Below are positions 26,284 through 41,172 of a stretch of 64,000 nt of DNA, one piece after another (position 1 is the first letter of the stretch; each line of letters begins with the position of its first letter). Below the pieces are notes generated by a model. The model ran no database searches. It was not told the DNA's origin and worked only from the letters and a program-made list of their open reading frames with translations. Source of the stretch: Camelus ferus (lineage: Eukaryota); contig NC_045696.1 of the NCBI RefSeq assembly GCF_009834535.1, forward strand, positions 99,388,001 to 99,452,000. The letters are read 5' to 3'. Made by a program: the position numbers and the translations under genes.

Positions 26284-28309
26284 TCAGCATGATATGTCTG
26301 GGGCATGGAATGTCATTTGTCCTAAAATGGATGTATCCACTTTGCTAGTACACTGTAAAGGATGTTCTGTTTGGGTGGAAACATTGATTTAGAGGCAACA
26401 TATTTCCTTTAATTTCCCTCTGTAGCAGAAAATAAATGTGTTAATTTCCAATTGACTTCCAGGCAGCAATTATTATGAGTAACACAAATATTTTCTAAAT
26501 ACTACACAGATACCTAAAATTCTGATTAAAGCAAGCATCTTTATCTGTCTATAAACTGATATTTAAGAAGTCACATAGTAGAAATTTTGACCAATGTACT
26601 ATCTTCCAGATGTTTTTTAAGCTACCCTCTGGGGTGTCGCTCATTTCAAGGTCTGTAGAATAGACACAAATTGCACATTTATACAGCCAACTGAATTTTC
26701 TCAAGAACAGAGTGAGGCTTTTGTGTTTGAACATGTTCTGTGTTCTGCTATTTTGGCAACGAGATATCAACCATAGTTTTGTAGCAGTAGAACCATACTT
26801 TCACAATATGGGTCCCACAACTAGGGACTGGATCCTTTGGTTACATTTAAAAGCTCCAGTTTAGGAAAGTAATAAATGAGGTCAACTTGAGCAGGCCACA
26901 GACCACGTCAGAGATTAAATATTTTCCTTCAGCCTGATTCACACCTTCTTTAGGAACCATACCCCAAAATAAGCCATTTAGTCACAGTGCTTAACTATTA
27001 AAAAGTGTTTGCAGAATTCAAGACATACTGCCGATATGCCAACCAAAATTTGATTTATAAACAAAGTTAAGGATGTTAGCTTTATAGTCTATAGTCAATA
27101 GGTCTTTAGTACCTTTGATTTGAAACTTTATTTTTTTATTAGTTTTATATATTGACTCTCCTTAAAGAAGTCAAAGAACTATGGAAAGATCACTCAAACA
27201 GTATTTATTGTAATACCAAAAACTCTCTGGGAGCAAGAAGTGGGAGGTCTAAGATGGGTAAACAGAAAAAGAGAAAGAGGTGAGAGGTGAAGTGGAGCAG
27301 GGTGATTCTGACTGGTGATAGACAAATCATTAACACACTCTGTTCCAGGGCTGGCACAGTGGAACACTGTGTAATCTAGTTGGAGCATGAGGATTCATTC
27401 AGCGTGGATTGATTATGCTAATGAACATCTGGTCATTCTGAAACAGTTGGCCAGTGACCAGTATTTGGTTATAAAGTGGAACTTGAGTTTTTGGGGGTAA
27501 GACTAAGTTTAACCTAGTTATTAAATTTAAAAAATGTCATACAATGATCACTTTGTTTAAAACACAAAAAGTAATCAGTTTTGAAAAGGATTTTTCTTCC
27601 AAGAAAAGCCACTGATGTTAGCACCATGAGGAAGAAAAATCTAATTCTCATTTCCTTCTAGCTCCTCTTTTCCACTCTGCCTCAACCCTCAGCTGAAGGG
27701 AATCCTTTCAATCTGTGTCAAGGAGCTTATTTGATACACTCTTTCTAGGAAAGTTGTAGTTAATAGCAGGACTGGCACTGAACAGGTCAAGGTAGCTTGC
27801 ATTTTGAGCAAAGTTATTAATTAACTGTTGTTGATTTTCAATTGAGCTTTAGTTTCATTTGGGGGAATCTATTTAGGTTGAGACCCTTTAATACTGGTAG
27901 ATGAGGTCTCTCTGGGCTTTTAGCCATCAGCCAAGAACTGTTCTGCTCATATCATTGCTTGAGCCACACAACACACTCTTCCATTTGATAGTCTGATCAG
28001 CCTATGGTCAGCAGGGAATTCCATAAAGAGCACTGTATTGACAAAGTCTATTGAGAAAGTTACTTTTATTATAGAAAATTTATTGGGATTACTCTCACCT
28101 TGAATGAACTTCCTTCTAGGAATAAATAGATCTCCAGAAAGAGAGTGAATTCATCAATTATTACAGAATAACTGAAAGATTGAATTCATTGATTATTACA
28201 TCAAAGTGATCATTTGAAACTCATCATTTTTATGTACGTCTGGCTTATTTACTTAGGAGATATGCTTCTTTGTGGAAGTGTATTACTTGCATCAAAGAGT
28301 TAATTATTT

Positions 28310-28760
28310 TGAATAGAGACCAACATGAACTAGTTTATATAAGTGGAAAGCATTATTATGGGAGGCTTCACAGACTCCAAGTGTGGGAATGCAGGTGAAC
28401 CTCAAAGTATTTAGAAACCTCCCAGAGCTTTTTTCTCTCTCTTTGTTTAGCTTTCTTTGTGTACATTTACTTTAATCTTAAATTTTGGAAAACCATTTCC
28501 TGCTTCTTAGTTCATGTGATTGAATATTATTTTCCCCTATATCAATTTACATATTATATAAGTCTAGAGTCTAAATTAATGTCTCAGTTCCAATTACATA
28601 TTCTCATGACACAGAGCCTGATAGGTCCAGGTTAGATGAGGTGTTTGCCTCTTGTCCATTCAGTTCTGGCAGGGGAGCTACTGTGACTGGACAAAGTTTG
28701 GATGGGAGGCATTTCTCAGAGCGGAGATTCTACCCAGGCTCATCAAGTTACATCTATTAC
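28310..28760 (-). mobile_element. Ancient MaLR LTR relic (MLT1J/K/N-like)
   Basis: ctgataggtccaggttagatgaggtgtttgcctcttgtccattcagttctggcaggg resembles an old MLT1 in reverse. Highly diverged. Confidence 0.45.
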
Positions 28761-29531
28761 AAGGAATGAAAATCATATTGCAATCAGGAATTGGCAAAAC
28801 AAAACAAAAACAATAACAACCCTTCTTCCATAAAATCCTGCTCTATGATGATTACAATAAAAAGGCAACAGGTATACCCTTTCCAATTTTTACAATGTAG
28901 TAGATAATGAAAGTGTCTTATCAATTAAATATGAATTCTTCTTTATTTAGCTATATTTAGCTGTTAATATATTATTGAAAAGTACCAGAATTAAATTTAA
29001 CAATGCTATGTGCAATAACAAATTAATTTGAAATAGAATCTAGATTCAGATGAAATACGAATCATCTCTCTACAGATCACGACTGTGACCTTGTTTGTAA
29101 TTCAGAGCTTATTTACATGATATAACAGGTAAAAATGCTTCACTTATTAGAAACCATATAAAATCATTAAATGTTCTATATTTTGATAATTTATGTTTTA
29201 ATAGAAATTACAGATATTTTCTATAAAAAGTTCAGCTTTGGTAAGCAGTGAACAACTGGCAATAAATTAAGGCAAACCATGAGAACACATTTAAAAAGTA
29301 AATTATACCTCAAGAAAGCTGAGAAAAACAAAAAGTAAATTAATTTAAAATATGCATAGGCATTTATAGTTCTGGAATCAAAATGCTTCTGGGAGAATTT
29401 AGAAAATGATACAATTTCAATGATGAAAATCCAAACATATTATTTATCATTGCATTCCCAGCACTTATTCTAGAACTAACATGTAGAAGATACTTAAAGT
29501 GTGTCATATGAAGTTAAAAAACACTCTTGAA

Positions 29532-31771
29532 GATGATGATCATAGCAAGATGGCAGAATAGGAAGCCTTAGGCCTTGCCTCCCAACAAGCACACAGGGTG
29601 TAACAAAAATAAATGGTCTAAAAAGTCTTTACGATTATTTCAGAAACCAGTTAAGTTGCTGTACCCAAGGCAAACTCAAAGCCAAGAACAGCCAAATTGA
29701 AATGAGGAAGGAAAGCTATTTCATTTCACCCACTGTATCCCTTCCCCCAAGCCAACACAGTTTAGTGTGATCAGGGATAAACAACCTACTCACAGCTTCT
29801 CCATTACGGAAAGATATGAGTGGAATGTACAACCAATATCCTGACTTTTTGGAGAGTGTCCCAACAGACTGATGTCTGTCTCACCTGCCTGCTAGCACTG
29901 ATGAAACTGGCATATTTTGAATGCCTGAGGGGTCACTGAGAACAAAAGAAATCTCAAAATTATGGTAGTGACAGAGAAACTGTATCGCTGCAGATAGATG
30001 CTAGAGGGAGCAAGAAATCACAATCTCCTAAAAAGAAACCTGAAAACCTCTCTAACTGGAAAATTACATACATAGCTCAAAGAAGATGCATCCTCAGAAA
30101 AGGTTTGAGAGGCCTGCAAAATCTTTAGACAGACTGACTGGTGGAGGTTTTCTCCTGTAGGTACCCAGTCCATAAAGATTAGGAGAGGTGGCTGTTTTTT
30201 CAAATGTATACCTTCTAGCAAAAAAACAACAAGACATACAAAGAATCAATGGAACATAGCCCAATCAAAATTACAAAGCAAATCTCCAGAAACTGGAAAG
30301 AAATGGAGACCTATGAATTACCTGACAAAGAATTCAAAATCATCTTCTTAAAGAAACTCAGTGTGCTACAAGAGAATACAAATAAGCAACTAAACAAAAT
30401 TAGGAAAATGATGCATGAACAAAATGAAATATCAACAAAGAGATAGAAACAATAAAATAGAACCAAACAAATTCTAGAGTTGAAGAATACAGTAACTGAA
30501 TTGAAAATTTTTCTAAAGGAGGTTTTGCAGTAGACTAGATCAAGCTGAAGAAAGAATTGGCAAACTCAAAGGCAGGTCATTTGAAATTACTGAGCCAAAG
30601 GAACAAAAAGAAAAAAGAATGAAGAATGATGAGGAAAGCTCACAAAAGCAAAAAAGATTTATGGGCCACCATCAAGTGGACCAAAATACACATTATAGGA
30701 GACCCAGAAGAAGAATGAGAGAAAAAGCAGATAGCATATTTGAAGAAATTATGACTGAAAACTTCCTAAATCTGGAGAGAGAAATGGAAGTTCAGATTCA
30801 TGAAGCTAAAAAGAGCCAAAATAGGAATTTAAAAACATCTATACTGAGGCATAATGTAATCACATTGTCAGAAGTCAAAAACAGAATTTTGCAGTGACAA
30901 GAAAAAGTGACTTGTCACATACAAGGGAGTTCCAATAAGACAATCAGTAGATTTCTCAGCAGATATCTGCAAGCCAGAAGGGAGTGGGATGATATATTCA
31001 AACTGCTGAAAGAAGTTGCCAACGAAGAATATTTTATCAAGCCAAACTGTCTTTAAAAATTGAAGGAGAAACAAATACCTTCCCAGATAAACAAAAACTG
31101 GCGGAATTCATCACTAATAAACTTACTTTACAAGAAATGCTGAAGGGAGTCCTTTAGGTGAAACTAAAGGATGCAACACCACAACACAAAAGCATGTGAA
31201 AATATATAGCTCTTTGGTAAAAATAAATATATAGACAAACATAGAATCTCGCAAACTATAATAGTGGTGTATAAGTCACTTTTAATTCTGATATTGAACT
31301 TAAAAGATAAAAGCATAAACAATACTGTAACTATGAAACCATTAATGGATTCAAAATATAAAAAGATGTAATTTGTGAAATTGATAATATAAAGCGGGGA
31401 TGAAAAGAATTTTTGTATGCAGTTGAAGTTAAGTTGTTATCAGTTTAAAATAGATTGCTGTAACTAAGATGTTTTGTATAATCTCCATGGTACTCACAAA
31501 TTATCTATAGAAGATGCACACACAAAAATAAGAGATCAAAGCATTTCACAACAACAGAATCAATGAAACACACAAAAAAGGCAACAAGAGAGGAAAAGAG
31601 GGACAAAATAACTAGAAGATATACAGAAAACAACAAAATGACAATAATAAGTCCTTCCCTATCAGTAATTACTTTAAATGTAAATGGATTAAACTCCCCA
31701 ATCAAGACAGAGTGGAGTGGCTGAATAGATAAAAATCAAAATTGTTTGCTGTCTCTATGAGACTCACTTTA
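29532..31771 (+). mobile_element. Old near-full-length L1 (L1MB-like), 5' part: 5' UTR, ORF1, start of ORF2 endonuclease
   Basis: Starts with caagatggcagaatagg. ORF1 peptides YELPDKEFKIIFLKKLSVLQENT and IFEEIMTENFLNL. ORF2 start actttaaatgtaaatggattaaactccccaatcaa (TLNVNGLNSPI). Confidence 0.9.
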
Positions 31772-34700
31772 TTTTAATAAAGTAACAGATTTATTGAGAT
31801 AAAATTCATGTACATAGAATTTATCAATTTAAAGTATACAATTCAATGTTTTGGGGTGTATTACACTGTTAGTTTTTTAACTTTTCAAAATTTTTATTGA
31901 ATAAATTTGACATGTAACTTGTGTACATTTAAGATGTACAGTATGTTACTTTGATATTACTTTGTACTATGCCAGTGTAGCAATATTTATCATATTAACA
32001 TTACATAATCATAGTACAGTATTGTTGTCTATATGGATTATATTGTGCATTACAGCACTATGGCTTATTTTCTACTTGTTATAAATTTGTATCTTTAAAT
32101 GCCATCACTCTTATCTCCCCTCTCCCCACCTCCTGGTAACCACCATTCTACTCTGATTTTTAGAATTTTAACTTTTATAGATTCCATATATTAATGATAT
32201 CATGCAGCACTTGTCTTTCTCTGACTTACCTCACTTAGCATAATATGCTCAAGGTCAACCCATGTTGTAGCAAAAGTAGGATAACTTTCTCATGGCTGAA
32301 TAATATTCCATTGTGTATATGTGCCACATCTTTTTTATACATTCATCCACTGACTGGCATCTGGGTTGTTTCCATATCTTGGCTATTGTGAACAATACTG
32401 CAATGAACATGGGAGTGTATATATCAACTTGAAATCCTGTTTTCATTTCCTTTGGTTATATACCCAGAAGTGAAATTGCTGGATAGTATGGTAGATCTAT
32501 TTTTAACTTTTTGAGGAATCTCCATACTGTTTTCCAGTGGTTGGACCAATTTATATTCTCACCAACAATGCAAAATTGTTCCCCTTTCACCATATCCTTG
32601 CCAGCAACTCTTGTCTTCTTGATGATAGCCAGTCTAACAGATGTGAGGTGGTACCTCATTGTGGTTTGGATTTGCCTTTCCCTGATGATTAGTAATGTTG
32701 GTCATCTTTTCATGTATCTGTTGATCATTTTGAGGTTCTCTTTGGAGAAATGTCTGTTTAGTTCTTCGCATTTTTTAATCTTTTTTGTTTTTGTTTTTGT
32801 TACTGAGTTGACTAAGTTCTTTATCTATTTTGGATATTAACCCCTTATCCAATATGTGGTTCTCAAAAATTTTCTCCCATTCTGAAGGCAGTCCTTTTGT
32901 TAATTGTTTCTTTTGCTGTGCAGAAGTTGAGTTAGATGCAGTTTTTTGTTGATTTGTTTGTTGCCGTTTGTGCTTTTGGTGTCATGTCCTCCCTCCAAAG
33001 TATTGCCAAGACCAATATTGATTAGCTTCTCTTTTATGTTTTCTTCTAGGAGTTTTATGATATCAGTTCTTATGTTTAAGTCTTTGGTACATTTTAAGTT
33101 AATTTTTGTAAGTGGTGTGAGGTAGGGGTTCAATTTCATTATTCTGCATGTATTTCTCCAGTTTTTCCATCACCATTTGTTGAAGAGACTCTTCTTTTCC
33201 TGTTGAGTATTCTTGCTCCCTTGTCAAATACTAGGTGATTGTATATGCATGGATTTCATTCTGAGCTTTCTAATCTTTTTCATTGGTCAATGTGTCTGTT
33301 TTTGTGCCAGTATCACACTATTTGTATTAGTATGGCTATGTAGTATAGTTTGAAATCTGGAAGTCCGATATCTCTGGCTGTGTTTTTTGCTCAAGATTGC
33401 TTTGGCTATTCAGGGTCTTTTGTATGTCCACACAAATTTTAGGTTTATTTATTCAACTACTGAAAAGAATGCCTTTTGTATTTTTATGGGGATTGTGTTG
33501 AATCTGTAGATGGCTTTGAGTGGTATGACAGTTTTAACAATATTAATTCTTCTAATCCACGAACACAGGATGTTTTTCTGTTTGTGTCTTCGATTTCTCT
33601 CAGCAAAGTTTTGTAGTTTCCATTGTATAGATCTTTCACTTCCTTGGTAAAATTTATTCCTAACTATTGTTTTTGGTGCTATTGGGATGACTTTCTTTCT
33701 TTTTCAGATGCATCATCATTAGTGTGAAGGAATGCAATTTATTTCTGTCTGTTGATTTTGTATCCTGCCATTTTACTGAAATTGTTGATTTATTTGACAG
33801 TTTTTTTTTTTAAACTATTCTTTGGGATTTGCTCTGTATAGGATCATGTCATCAGAAAATAATGACAATTTTACTCCTTCATTTCTGATTTGGATGCCTT
33901 TTATTTATTTGTCTTGCCTAGTTGCTCTAGTTAGGACCAGTATAATGGAATGCTTGAATGGAATGTGGAAGGTCAAATCTTTGCCTTGTTCCTAATCTTA
34001 GAGGAAATGCTTTCCATTTCTTTACATTGAGTATCTTAGCTGTGGGTTTGTCATATATGGCCTTTATGATGTTGAGTTATGTTCCTTCTATACTCAGTCT
34101 GTTAACAATTTTTTATCATGAAATAATGTTGTATTTTGTCAAATGCTTTTTATGCATCCATTGAGATAAAATCATATGATTTTTACCTTCCATTATTGAT
34201 GCTATGTATTACAATTATTGATTTGCATATTTGAACCATCCTTGCACTCCACAGATAAATCCCACTTAGTCATAATATATAATCCTTTTAATGTGTTTTT
34301 GAATTGGTTTGCTAATATTTTGTTGAGGATTTTTGCATATATTTTAGAAATATTGGTCTATATTTATCTTTTCTTGTGGTGCCCTTGTCTGGTTTTGTTG
34401 TCAAAGAAATTCTGGCCTTATAGAATGAGTTAGAAAGTCTTCCCTCCCCCTTGATAACTTGAAAGAGTTTGAGAAGAATTGGGACTAAATTTTCTTAAAA
34501 TTTTTGGTAGAGTGCTCCAGAGAAGCTGTCTGGTCTTGGAGTTTTCTGTTGGGAATTTATTGATTTTTGATTCAATTTCTTTACTTTTGGTCTGCTTTAA
34601 CTTTCTATTTCTTCCATTCAGTTTTGGTAGTTTGTATCCAGAAATTTATCCATTTCTTCTAGGATATGTAATTTGTTACTATATAAATGTTCATAGTAGT

Positions 34701-35337
34701 CTCTTATAATCCTATCTATTGCTGTGATATCAGTTGCAATGTCTCATTTTTCATCTCTAATTTTATTTATTTGAGACTTTTATCTTAGTTTAGCTAAAGA
34801 TTTGTCAACTTTGTTTATATTTTTGAAGAGCCAGCTCTTAGTTTTGTTGATCCTTCCTATTGTTTTTCTGGTCTCCATTTTATTTATTTCAGCTCTGATC
34901 CTTATTTCATTCCTTCTACTAACTTTGGGTTTAATTATTTTTTAATGGATCCTTAGTGTGTAAAGTTACATTGTTTATTTAAGTTCTTTCTAATTTTTTA
35001 ATATATGTGTTTACGGTATACACTTTTCTCTCAGAACTACTTTCGTGACATTCCACAATATTTGATATGTTGTTTTTATTTACATTTAAGATTTTTATTT
35101 CCCTTTTGATTTATTTTCCAGTGGTTGTTTAGAAGTGATTGTTTAGTTTCCAAATATTCGCAGGTCATTGTACTTCTCTCTTACTGATTTCCAGTTTCAT
35201 ACTGTTGTGGTCAGAAAAGATAATTGGTAAGATTTCATCTTCTTACATTTTCTAAGATTTGTTTTGTGGCCTGTTATACATTTATCCTAAAGAATGTTCC
35301 ATGCACACTTGAAAAGAATGTTTATTCAGCTGCTGTG
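31772..35337 (-). mobile_element. 5'-truncated L1 (L1MA-like) nested antisense in the older L1's endonuclease domain
   Basis: Minus-strand ORF2 peptides MKLNPYLTPLTKINLK, MRYHLTSVRLAIIKK and [19 protein letters not shown]. 3' end tttttattga near 31891. Host L1 resumes at 35338 (acatagtctgaaa...gatattccatgcaaat). Confidence 0.9.
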
Positions 35338-38300
35338 GAGACATAGTCTGAAAATGAATAGATAGAAAAAGATATTCCATGCAAATAGTGACCAAAAGAG
35401 AGTAGGAGTGGCCATACATATATCAGACAAATAGATTTTAAATCAAGAACTGTTACAAGACACTAAGGACATTAATAACAATTAAAGGATCAACTCATCA
35501 GGGAAGTGTAATGTTTATAAATATAGATGCAACTAATAGAATATCCAAATATATGAAGTAGACATTGATAAAATTGGAGAAATAGATAGTAATATAATAA
35601 TAGATTTCAAGATCTAATTTTTAATCATGTAAGGAACAGAGAATCAATAAGGAAACAGAGGACTTAAACAAAAATTGACCAATTGGCCCTAACAGATATA
35701 TACAGAAAGTGCCACTTAACAGCAGCACTCTTCTGTAGTATGCACATTACATTCTCCAGGATAGATAAAATATTAGGACACAAAACAAGTCTCACCAAAT
35801 TTAAGATCTGAATAACACAATATCTTTTCTCACCACAATAGAATAAAAGTAGAAATCAATAGCAAAAGAAAAATGGAAAGTGAAGAAATACGGGGAAATG
35901 AAATCACACACTCTTGATAAACTAATGGGTGAAAGGTGAAAACCCAAAGGGAATTAGAAAATGTCTTGATACAAATGACAGTGGAAACACGACATACAAA
36001 AACTTATGGGATGCAGCAAAAGCAGTACTAAGAGGGGAATTTGGAGCAATAAATACCTACGCTAAAAAAATCACAAATCAACATTTAACTTTAGACTTCA
36101 GGGAACTAAGAAAATAACAAACTAAACCCAAAGTTAGCAGAAAGAAGGAAATAATAAAGATTGGAGAAGAAATAGATGAAATAAAAAATTTAAAAACCAC
36201 TAGAAAAAAGTCAACAGAAGTAAGAGCTGTGTGTTTAATAAAAGATCAACAAAACTGATAAAACTTCAGCTAGGTAAGTAAGAAAACTCAAATAACAAAA
36301 ATCAGCAATGAAAGAGAAGTTACAACAATGCCACAGAATACAAAAGATTATGAGGCTACTATGAAATGAACATTTATATGCTAACACATGGAATAACCTA
36401 TATAAATGGATAAACTTCTAGAAGCATACATCCTACCACGACTGAATCATGAAGAAATAGAAAATTTGAACAGACCTATAACTAGAAGTGAGATTGAATC
36501 AGTAATTAAAGAAACCTCCCAATGAAGAAAAGCCCAGGACTGAATGGCTTCACTGAATTATCCTACCAAACATTTAAAGAGGAATTAACATAAATCTTTC
36601 TCAAATTATTCCAAAAAATGTAAGAGGAGGGAACGCTTTCAAGCTCTTCCTTATGAGGCCAGTATTACCCTGATACCAAAATCAGACAGTGGTACTAAAG
36701 AAAAGACTATAAGTCAATATCTCTGATGAACATAGATGTAAAAATCCTCATCAAAATAATAGGTGGCTAAATTCAACAACACATTAATACTATCATACTG
36801 TGACATACTGTGACAAAGAGGGATTTTTTTCCCGCAGTGTAAGAATGATTCAATATATGAAAGTCATTACTGTAATATACCACATTAAATTATAAAGAAC
36901 AAAACCACATGTTCATCTTAATTAATGAAGGACAGGCATTTGACAAAATTCAATATTCTTTTATAGTAAAAGCACTCAACAAACTAGAACAGAAAAAACT
37001 GAATCAACATAATAAAAATCATACATAAAATGCCTGTAGCTAACATCATACTCAATGGTTAAAAACTGAAATCTGTTCCTCTAAAATCAAAACTAAGCCA
37101 AGGATGTCTACTCTTACCACACTTCTGTTCTTCTATTCAACATAGTACTTGAAGTCCATGTCAAGGCAGTTAGGCAAGAAAAATAAATAAAAGCATCTAT
37201 GTTGTAAAGGAAGATATAAAATTGTCATAATTTGCTGATCCTATGCATAGGAAATCCCAAAGAATCTGTCAAAAAATTGTCAGAATTAATCAATTTCAGT
37301 AAAATGGCAAGATACAAAAATCTATATGCAAAAATCAGTTGTGGTTTTATACAATAACAGTGAACAATCTGAAAAGAAAATTAAGAAAACAATCCCCTGT
37401 AAAGTAGCATCAAAAATAATAAAATACTTAGGAATAAGCTTAACCAAGACATGAAAGATTTGTGTTCTGAAAATTGTAAAACATTGCTGAAAGAAATTAA
37501 AGAAGATTAAAAAAATAGATAACCCATTTTCATACAATGAAAGATTTAATGTTGTTAAAATATCCATACTACTCAAGCCATCTACAGACTCAATGCAGTC
37601 TCTATCAACATCCCAATGGCCTTATTTCAGAAATAGAAAAGTCCACCCTACAATTCATATGGAAGCTCAAGGGACCCTGAACAGCCATAATAATTCTTAG
37701 TAGGAAGAGGAAAGCTGGGACCTCACACATCCTGATTTCAAAACTTACTACAAAGCTATGGTAACCAAAGCAGTATACTACTGGTATAAAGACAGACAGA
37801 TAGAGCAATGGAACAGAAGAAAGAACCCAGCAATTAACCATCACATGTTTAGTCAAATGATTTTTGATAAAGGTGCAAAAGTTACAACAGGGGAACAGAT
37901 AGTCTTTTTTAAAACATAGTGTTGGGAAAACCACACCACATGCAAAAAGATAAAGTTGGATCCTTACTTTACACCATATATAAAAATAACTCAAAGTGAT
38001 TAGAGGCCTAAAGGTAAGACCTGAAACTAAAATACCTAGAAAAAAAAACATAAGAGAAAAGCTTCATGCTATTGGATTTTGCAATGATTTCTTGGATAGG
38101 ACACCAAATGCAAAGGCAACAAAGGGAAAAATTGACACATAGGACTACATCAAATTAAAGAAAAAAATCTGTATAGCAAGTAACAACAGTGAAAAATGTA
38201 ACCTACAGAATGGGAGAAAAAAACAGAAAAAATATATATGATAAGGGATTAATGTTCACAATATATAAACAACTCCTAAAACTCAACACCAAGAAAGCAA

Positions 38301-38845
38301 CCAGATTTTTAAAAAATGGGCAAGGGACTTGAATAGACATTTTTCGAAATAGATATATACAAGTGGCCAACAAGCCTTTGAAAAGATGCTCAACAACACT
38401 ACTAAGTAGGAAAGTACAAATGAAAACCATGCTGAGATAGTAACTCACAGCTGTTAAGATGACCACTATGAAAAAATAAGTGATGGTAAGGATGTGGAGA
38501 AATTGGAACACTTGTGGCATGTTGGTGGGAATGTAAAATGGTGCAGCCACTAGGGAAAACTGTGGGGGGGATGGTTCCCAAAAAACTTAAAATTAGAATT
38601 ACCATATGATCCAACAATCCCACTTCTGGATATATGTCAAAAGAATTAAAAACAAGATCTTGGAGAGATGCTTACACATCTGTGTTTTTTAACAGAAATA
38701 TTTTGTTCAATGGATAGTGTTTCATGTTTGTAAGATGAAAAATTTCTAGGGATCTGTTGCACAACAATGTAGTTAACATTGTTAAGATGGCAAATTTTAT
38801 GTATTTTTTACCACAATAAAAAAAAGTGCCCATAAAAAGGAAAGG
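35338..38845 (+). mobile_element. Old near-full-length L1, 3' part: degenerate ORF2 and internally deleted 3' UTR
   Basis: Peptide TTYKNLWDAAKAVLRGEF, RT-region remnants (gcatttgacaaaattcaa; tttgctgat) and 3' end ttaccacaataaaaaa. Degenerate TSD aacactcttgaa (29520-29531) / aacattcatgaa (38846-38857). Confidence 0.9.
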
Positions 38846-41105
38846 AACATTCATGAAATTCTCTCAACAAGATTATTAACCTAGAAGTTGCAAAGAGTTT
38901 ACAACTTCTTTTTAAGCTGTGAATGTAATTATATCCTTTTAAAAAGTTTTCTGGCCTAGGTTTTTGTTATACGTAATGAGATTTTAAGGAGGTATGCATT
39001 TAGATTCTTGTGGGATAAACCATAGTTTGTAAATCTGTATACATCAAATCAATGTTCTAGTTCTGTTTTGTTATGTCTTGTTGGGTAACATATTTGCCTT
39101 GTTTGGAGGTGTGGTTGGAATGCTCTGACCTAAAATGCGGAACACAGGAAACTTTTTCTGAGAGGGAATTAAGGGGGCCCCTCCAATGTCTTTCTACAGA
39201 TGTAGACTTGTGATTTGTGAGGACTAACTCTGTGGACAGCAGCAATCTTTATTTAAAGTTGGTTAATAATTTTCTTGAGCAACACTAGGGAGACTAGTCA
39301 TTTCCCATAATTGTTTCATATATATGATCCAGAGAAAAATGTAACTTTTTCTTCTCAATTGTTTTTTAAGGTTAGAATCTCTTCTTGGAGAGATGCCATT
39401 ATGTTTTCTCTTTCAACAAATATAAAAGAAAAAAAGACAAAAGAAATCTCCAAGGCTGGCAGAACTCATGGGGCAAGTCCCCTTTGATGTAACCCACTGG
39501 TAATAACAATACTGTTCTTTGTTTGTTTTGTCTGTGATTTACTCTTTTCAATAAAGGCAGAGTGCTGGAGTAAGTCAGAAGATGAGGTAGAAAAAGGAGA
39601 AATGAAATTTATGTGACTGAAGTGGATTTGAGTTGATATTATTCTGCACCTTGGCCTTGTTCTTGTCCCATTTAATCAAGTAAAGCAATCTATCAGAAAA
39701 CAACAAAAAAAATTAGTTCTGGTTCTGCCATGAAGTAACATGACTGGGTATTTTTTCTGAGCTAAACTGCATAATCTCCTAGTCAAAGGTCAATTCTATT
39801 CGGCCTCCATGTTCATTAGAACTGTCTACTGTAGTTAACTTGATTCACAGTATCTTATTTAATTGTTTTGCATGTGTTATGGCCTTAGATGATGTATTTT
39901 TATGTCTCAAAGCCTGAGAGATCTCTGCTTCTTAAAATTTTCACTTTTGTTGGTAGTCCCATAAGGACTGGGGCCGTACTGCCTTGATTGCAGTTATCTC
40001 CCCAGAAGTATCACTGTGCCTGGAGCATAGCCTGTGTTCAATAAATACTTCTTTAATGAAATATGAGAGTGAATAATAGGTGAATCTGGAGAATGTGCCT
40101 ATTTCCTCTTCTGCTTAAGACTTGTAGATAAGGAATTATAAATCTAACAAACCCCATGGGGAGCTGTCCACCAAAAAGCAACTTAAATTTCAAAAGTTTG
40201 TGTCAAAATACTTTTGAACAAGAGTGAGTCTCTTTATGGCCAACTGTGTTTTCACTTATAAAACAAAGATGTAGAAGAGTTAACTTGAATGAAAGCCCAA
40301 GGTCTGAAGAGGGCAGCTGGAGACTAAATACAGAGAGCTGATTTTGGAATGTTTCGTAGAGAATGGGTGCTAGAAATTTATTACAGAGTGGAAGTCATTA
40401 AGACAACCAGACAAACACATGCACTGTTGGCTGGCAATGGTAAAAGATCTGTTTACTATTGCTAGTTTCTTCTAAGTTTTGTCTATAGCTCTAGTTCCTT
40501 CCTACCAAAGAGACAAGTGAGGAAGGTGAATATAAGTGACATTAACTGTGATCCTTCAGTTGGCAAGCTTTAGTGGTCCTGGAACACCAAGTATGGATTC
40601 TTTGTTAGTTTAACCAAACCAAACTTAAATTATTCATTGTCTTCATCCCCCTTCCAAACGAAAGCCAACCTCATCTAATAGGTCCAGCATTGCTCAAAGA
40701 GTGAATAGTGCTGCTTACCTACTGAGCATCCAACTACAAGGTGCCATGCGCAAGATGCAAAGAATTCTTAGAAACACATTTCCTGCTCTGAAAAAGGTTA
40801 GAATCTAGTAATGTGTTAAAGTTATGTGCATAGAAATATAACAATAATGTCAAAGAATGAGCACTAAACTAAGATAGTAGATAGGCTTGAATTGTCCTGA
40901 AGTCAACAGTGTGGAATCGCTGAGATCAGGAAAGGCTTTAGAAAGGAGGAGAGCTGGTGGTGGTCATTCAATGTGGATAATTATGTCTTTAACTAGAGAA
41001 GCATTTATTGAAAAAAATTTCTCCCTTGCTTTAATCATTGTTCCACCAGTAAAGAAACCAAGAGACACTGAAATCATACTACATGTAATATATTGGAAAA
41101 AACTT

Positions 41106-41172
41106 TAAAATGAATATATATATATAAAATGAATATATATATATAAAATGAATACACACATGCACACACACA
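41106..41172 (+). repeat. 19-bp unit x2.5 (aaaatgaatatatatatat) running into a (CA)n tract
   Basis: Direct reading of the sequence. Confidence 0.9.
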
